Origin: Actinomycetota bacterium
GTDB taxonomy: Bacteria; Actinomycetota; UBA4738; HRBIN12
Direction: 5' to 3'
DNA: 61,519 bases
Assembly: GCA_036556805.1 (NCBI GenBank)
Contig: DATBIS010000132.1
Coordinates: 1 to 61,519 of the forward strand
Shown: positions 57,702 through 61,519 of the stretch, piece by piece
Layout: each line of letters opens with the position of its first letter
How positions within the stretch are numbered: the first letter of the stretch is position 1
Translations under genes and position numbers: made by a program
Notes under the pieces: model-generated
What the model was told of the DNA's origin: nothing
Databases searched by the model: none
What the model saw: only the letters and a program-made list of their open reading frames with translations

Positions 57702-58561
57702 GTCCAGCGCGCGAGCACCTCCTCGACGCGCGCGCGGCCGTCCTCGTGCAGGCGCCCGCCCCGCACCGCGAGATCGAGCGCGACGCGCGCCAGCTGGACG
57801 TACGCGGGAATCGCCGCCGGCGCAGAGCGCCGCAGCGCCTCGAGGTTCTTCGCGATCGTGCCCGCGTCGCCTCGCACCGCGGGGCCGGTGAGCGCCGCCT
57901 CCGGTCCCATCGCGGCGAGGTTGTCGACGGTCGCCCGCACGAGCGCAACGGTTGCGCCGTGCGGATCGGGCACCCCTGCCGCGCCAAAAAGCTGCTCGCC
58001 CAGCGCAACGGTCGCGATGAGGTCGTTGGAGGCGAAGACCGCCGCGGCGTGGTACAGCGGCCGCCGTTCGTCGGCGAGGCGAAACGGCTTGCCGCGCAGG
58101 TCATGTGCGAGCCGTTCACCGAGCGCGTAGCCCTCTTCGTCGTGGGCGGTCACGGCGATCGTCGAACCCGGGATCCGTTCGAGCGCGCGGTCGACGTCCG
58201 GCAGCGTTTGCAGCGGATGGATCGCGAACGCCCTGGCGCCCGTCGCACCCACGGCCGCGAGCTCGTCGAGCCCGCTCGCACCCGCGAGATGCGCGACCCA
58301 CTGGCCCTCGTGAAGCGCTCCGTCCTTCGCGAGCCGCTCGGCGGTGGGCGCGATCGCGTCATCGGGAACCCCGAGGATCACGAGCTCGGCGTCGCGGGCC
58401 GCCGACGCGGCGTCGGTGACCGGCACACCGGGCAAGTAACGCCCCGCCCGCGACTCGGTCTCGTCCCGGCCCGAGAGGGCCACGATGCGGTGGCCCGCCT
58501 CGCGGAGCAGCACCGCGACGGCCGTACCCACGCGACCCGCACCCACGACGGCGACGTCCAC
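57698..58561 (-). CDS. Rossmann-fold oxidoreductase-like protein (DUF2520 family, common in actinobacterial fol/pan clusters)
   Basis: VDVAVVGAGRVGTAVAVLLREAGH...AELVILGVPDDAI...FAIHPLQT...TGPAVRGD. Only the C-terminal 287 codons of the 733-aa ORF-track entry are credible, starting at GTG 58561. Confidence 0.75.
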   Translation of the reverse strand: MDVAVVGAGRVGTAVAVLLREAGHRIVALSGRDETESRAGRYLPGVPVTDAASAARDAELVILGVPDDAIAPTAERLAKDGALHEGQWVAHLAGASGLDELAAVGATGARAFAIHPLQTLPDVDRALERIPGSTIAVTAHDEEGYALGERLAHDLRGKPFRLADERRPLYHAAAVFASNDLIATVALGEQLFGAAGVPDPHGATVALVRATVDNLAAMGPEAALTGPAVRGDAGTIAKNLEALRRSAPAAIPAYVQLARVALDLAVRGGRLHEDGRARVEEVLARWT

Positions 58562-58578
58562 GCCGCGAGTATCCCGAA

Positions 58579-59826
58579 TCAGGGAACCCAGACGAGGGGC
58601 CCTGCGGGCGTGGGAACCCCGGGCGGCGGATTCACCGCGTACAGGGCACCATCTCGGTAGGCGAGCAGCTCGCCCCCGGCCTCGATGTAGGCGGTGCCGT
58701 CGGGCGCGTTCGTCGCCCACGTGGGCTCGTCCACCGGAAGGACGAGCGTGGGCGTGCGGATCTCCGGGGAGGCGCTCGCGCCCGCCGTGATGCTCCACAC
58801 GCCGAGCCGGCCGTCGACGCGACCGAGCACCAGAGCCCGGCTCGCGTCGAGCGACCACGAGAGGACCCGGTCGAGCTGCAGCGGAGCGTCGCCCTCCGCG
58901 TACGGGACCGGCCCGTCCCGGTTGCCTTGCCAGAAGAGTGCCACGCCGTCGGCCGGGTCCTCCCCGATCACGAGCAGGTCGCCTGTCCGGGAGGCCGAAA
59001 GCAGCGTGTATCCGTCCAGGACCCGGTGAGAGCGGTGGATGCCCACGTAGCGGATCGACGGCCCGAGGGACGTGCGCCTCGTGAAGAAGGTCGTGAAGCC
59101 GGCGCGCCCAACCGACGGCACCTCGGCGCACACGTTCAGGTCCTGTCCGATGCCTTGGGTGGGGATGTCGTAGCTCTCGATCTGCGAACCGCCTCCCCGG
59201 CAGGCCGGCGTCGGGTCGCGGTGTCGGACCACCACGACGCGCGAGCCGCCGAACGCCCAGTCCACGACGTCGCCGGAGATGAGGAGCTCCGGCGGGTCCG
59301 TCGACGAGGGAAACCGGACGAACCAGGCCCGACGCTCGCCGTTCGCGGCGACGGTCGTCATCCCGACCGAGCCCCCGAACACCGAGGTGGCGCTCACGAG
59401 CTGGATAGGCCGATCGACGATCGGGCCCAGGTGCACGTCCCCGGTTACGAGGTCCCAGTGCCAAAGGCGGACCCGATCGGCCCCCCCGCTCGCCACGAAG
59501 ACGAGCGACCCCGACGGAGACCAGACCGGACTGGGTCCGGCGGCCGGCTCCGGGGACGTCGAGAACGCGCCGAAGAACGCGGCCGCGGACGCCACGAGGA
59601 TCGCCGCCACGAGCGCGAGCACGGCGAGAGGCCTCGACCGCCGGACGGGCTCGAACGGCAACACCTCTTCGGGCTCGGAAGGCTGCTCGCGCGCGAGCGG
59701 TCGCTCCGCTGGGGAAGGACCGAGCTGTGGCTCTGCCGGACGAAACAGGACGGCGCCGCAGTTCGGACACGCCTTCGTGCCGGTGTTGCCCTCCCAGTCG
59801 CAGCGCAGGCAGACGGCCGACTTCAT
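58579..59826 (-). CDS. Membrane protein: cytoplasmic zinc ribbon, one TM segment, and a large extracytoplasmic beta-rich domain
   Basis: MKSAVCLRCDWEGNTGTKACPNCGAVLF, then TM PLAVLALVAAILVASAAAFFGAF, then about 320 aa. The ATG overlaps the folK TGA (ATGA). Confidence 0.6.
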   Translation of the reverse strand: MKSAVCLRCDWEGNTGTKACPNCGAVLFRPAEPQLGPSPAERPLAREQPSEPEEVLPFEPVRRSRPLAVLALVAAILVASAAAFFGAFSTSPEPAAGPSPVWSPSGSLVFVASGGADRVRLWHWDLVTGDVHLGPIVDRPIQLVSATSVFGGSVGMTTVAANGERRAWFVRFPSSTDPPELLISGDVVDWAFGGSRVVVVRHRDPTPACRGGGSQIESYDIPTQGIGQDLNVCAEVPSVGRAGFTTFFTRRTSLGPSIRYVGIHRSHRVLDGYTLLSASRTGDLLVIGEDPADGVALFWQGNRDGPVPYAEGDAPLQLDRVLSWSLDASRALVLGRVDGRLGVWSITAGASASPEIRTPTLVLPVDEPTWATNAPDGTAYIEAGGELLAYRDGALYAVNPPPGVPTPAGPLVWVP

Positions 59827-60317
59827 CGCGGAATCTCGAGCGGAGGTCCGAACAGCCGAACCTCGCCATTGGGCTCCGCGTCCGCTGCGCGCAATCCATC
59901 CGGCAGCATCGGATCGGGCTCGAGCTCCAGGAGCGGCATCATCACGAACGCGCGCTCGTGCATGCGAGGGTGCGGCACGACGAGGCCGGCTTCGGTGATC
60001 GTCGCCTCGTCGTAGCCGAGGACGTCGACGTCGATCGTGCGTGGCCCCCAATGGATCTCGCGGGTCCGGCCGAGCTCCGCCTCCACGGCAAGGCATCGCG
60101 CGAGCAGCTCTTCGGCCGAGAGGTCCGTCGAGATCTCGAGGACGGCGTTCAGGAAGTCGGGTTGCTCGACGCCGCCCACGGGATCGGTCTCGTAGACGCG
60201 AGACGACGCGACCACGTCGATGCCCGGCGTCGCGTGCAGGAGCCCGACCCCGTGCTGCAACGTCTCCAGGCGATCCCCGAGGTTCGAGCCGATGCCGAGG
60301 AACGCCCGGGTGGACAT
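59823..60317 (-). CDS. folK: 2-amino-4-hydroxy-6-hydroxymethyldihydropteridine diphosphokinase
   Basis: AFLGIGSNLGDR..., SRVYETDPVG...QPDFLNAV, GPRTIDVDVL, HPRMHERAFV. Confidence 0.9.
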   Translation of the reverse strand: MSTRAFLGIGSNLGDRLETLQHGVGLLHATPGIDVVASSRVYETDPVGGVEQPDFLNAVLEISTDLSAEELLARCLAVEAELGRTREIHWGPRTIDVDVLGYDEATITEAGLVVPHPRMHERAFVMMPLLELEPDPMLPDGLRAADAEPNGEVRLFGPPLEIPR

Positions 60318-60321
60318 GTGC

Positions 60322-60675
60322 TCAGTCCGGGCCCACCGTGGAGGCGGCCGCGATGCCGTCGAGCCCGACCGAGCGCGCCGCGTTCGGCTTGTGCACGACC
60401 GCGGTCGCGCGCCGGACGTGCGGCATCCCCGCGACGGCGGACGCCACCGCGTGCGCGAGGCTCTCCAGCAGGTCGACCGATTCGTTCGCGACGACGCCCC
60501 GAACCCCTTGCGCGATCGCTCGATAGTCCGCCGTCATGTCGATGTGGTCGCCCTCGACCTCGACGTCGAGATCGAGATCCACCACGAACGGCTGCGGCGC
60601 GTCTTTCTCGCCCGGATTCGCGCCGTGACGACCCTCGCACTTGATCCCGGAGAGAAACAGCTTCGTCGTCGTCAC
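60322..60675 (-). CDS. folB: Dihydroneopterin aldolase
   Basis: LFLSGIKCEGRHGANPGEKDAPQPFVVDLDLDVEV...DYRAIAQGV...ESVDLLESLAHAVA...VVHKP. Confidence 0.88.
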   Translation of the reverse strand: MTTTKLFLSGIKCEGRHGANPGEKDAPQPFVVDLDLDVEVEGDHIDMTADYRAIAQGVRGVVANESVDLLESLAHAVASAVAGMPHVRRATAVVHKPNAARSVGLDGIAAASTVGPD

Positions 60676-61238
60676 TCGTCCTCCTCGTCGTCGGCTTCGA
60701 CCCAGGCCGGCTTGCGCTCGAGCTGGATCGTCACGATGCCGTCCGCCCCGTGACCGTGCGGCGCCTTGACGAACCTCGCGCGCAGATACTCGTCGATCAT
60801 CGGGAAGAGGGTCGCGGCCGCCTCGTCGAGCAGGTCAGCCCCCACCCCCGGGACGAGGCCGAGCGTCGACGTCGGGATCGCCTCGTTCAGGCTCTCCGCG
60901 ACGTCGGCGAGGTGCCAGTCCGCTTCACCGGCGAAGATCAGCACCGGGATGTTGTCGACCGTGGTCTCTGGTGCGTGCGTGGGCGACAACAACACCAACG
61001 CGTCGACACGGTCGCTCGTCGCGAGGTCGAGCGCGAGCATCGCTCCCTCGGCCTCGCCCACGATCGCGAATCGCTCGACTCCCGCCTCGTCGATCTCCGG
61101 GAGCGGGTCCGCCACGTTTTCGGGCATCAGGACCCGACAGCGCGCCGCAAGCATCGCCGCGAGGTGGCCCCAGGAGGGCGAGGCCTCCCCGCCGTGCAGG
61201 AGGACCACGACGGGCCCCTCGCCCTGGTCGAGGATCAC
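60672..61238 (-). CDS. Compact alpha/beta-hydrolase-fold protein with a degenerate catalytic triad
   Basis: PVVVLLHGGEAS...FAIVGEAEGAMLAL puts Ala at the nucleophile position of GxSxG. ...IPVLIFAGEAD...PGVGADLLDE has no His where it is expected. The tail is acidic. The gene is joined to folP and folB by GTGA overlaps at both ends. Confidence 0.55.
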   Translation of the reverse strand: MILDQGEGPVVVLLHGGEASPSWGHLAAMLAARCRVLMPENVADPLPEIDEAGVERFAIVGEAEGAMLALDLATSDRVDALVLLSPTHAPETTVDNIPVLIFAGEADWHLADVAESLNEAIPTSTLGLVPGVGADLLDEAAATLFPMIDEYLRARFVKAPHGHGADGIVTIQLERKPAWVEADDEEDE

Positions 61239-61519
61239 GGCGCGGCCCCTCGCGCGATCTCGTCGACGACGCGAACGACGTGCACCATCTCGCGAACGTC
61301 GTGTACGCGAACGATATCGGCACCTTGAGCGGCGCACCACGCCACCACGCCCGCCGTCCCCGCGACTCGTTCGGCCGCGACGTCGACGCCGGTGAGCGTT
61401 CCGATGAAGCGCTTGCGCGACGGCCCCACTAGCAGCGCGGCGTCGAGATCACGAAAGGCGTTCAAGTTTCGCAGCAGATCGAGGTTGTGCTCGATGGTCT
61501 TCCCGAACCCAATCCCGGG
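61235..61519 (-). CDS. folP: Dihydropteroate synthase, C-terminal part (the gene starts beyond the window)
   Basis: My translation gives GIGFGKTIEHNLDLLRNLNAFRDLDAALLVGPSRKRFIGTLTG...GADIVRVHDVREM, the conserved DHPS C-terminus. Confidence 0.85.
   Translation of the reverse strand, partial: PGIGFGKTIEHNLDLLRNLNAFRDLDAALLVGPSRKRFIGTLTGVDVAAERVAGTAGVVAWCAAQGADIVRVHDVREMVHVVRVVDEIARGAAP

Noticed and set aside
57698-59899. A single 733-aa ORF spanning the DUF2520-like gene and the region upstream of it.
   Set aside because: Only the last 287 codons (from GTG 58561, VDVAVVGAGRVG...) look like a real protein. The N-terminal 446 codons are Arg/Gly/Pro-rich and overlap, out of frame, the well-formed Zn-ribbon membrane protein gene at 58579..59826.

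Overview
This is a high-GC (about 70% by eye), densely packed chromosomal segment of an Actinomycetota-type genome. I call about 60 protein genes and one tRNA. I found no rRNA, CRISPR array, transposase or integrase.

The right third (44.3-61.5 kb, minus strand) is the conserved actinobacterial housekeeping block. It runs folP, a degenerate alpha/beta-hydrolase-fold gene, folB, folK, a membrane protein, a DUF2520-like gene, panC, coaX and lysS. clpC1 follows, then radA, carD, a PIN/TRAM gene, ispD, ispF, rlmB and tRNA-Thr(UGU). Many of these genes are joined by 1-8 nt start/stop overlaps, and no panD lies between panC and coaX.

The left two thirds mix central metabolism with signalling genes and accessory-looking clusters.
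- Central metabolism: tdh-kbl, transketolase, acs, groEL with a CIRCE operator, moaA, and the trehalose genes treT-otsA plus convergent otsB.
- Signalling: two inverted paralogous GGDEF-EAL proteins, a soluble GAF-PAS histidine kinase, two stand-alone receiver proteins, an Rrf2 regulator and a RIO-type kinase.
- Accessory-looking clusters: a KamA-type radical SAM gene with a secreted beta-propeller and a C-N hydrolase; a MogA::XdhC fusion followed by sulfatase, phosphoesterase and sulfatase; and an ATP-grasp ligase followed by a C45/Ntn hydrolase and YjbQ.

Observations most worth a second look:
1. An in-frame TAG splits the C45 hydrolase inside the tightly coupled ATP-grasp operon, and the 68 codons after it still look coding.
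2. A perfect 20-bp inverted repeat abuts the radA start. Each arm reads as a RecA-independent DNA-damage-type promoter, one firing leaderless into radA and one toward a hypothetical gene and the RIO kinase.
3. Helically phased direct repeats lie upstream of acs.
4. A lower-GC patch next to tRNA-Thr holds a frameshifted, truncated CapD/PglF-like gene remnant.

All functional calls come from reading the translations and motifs by eye. No database search was run.
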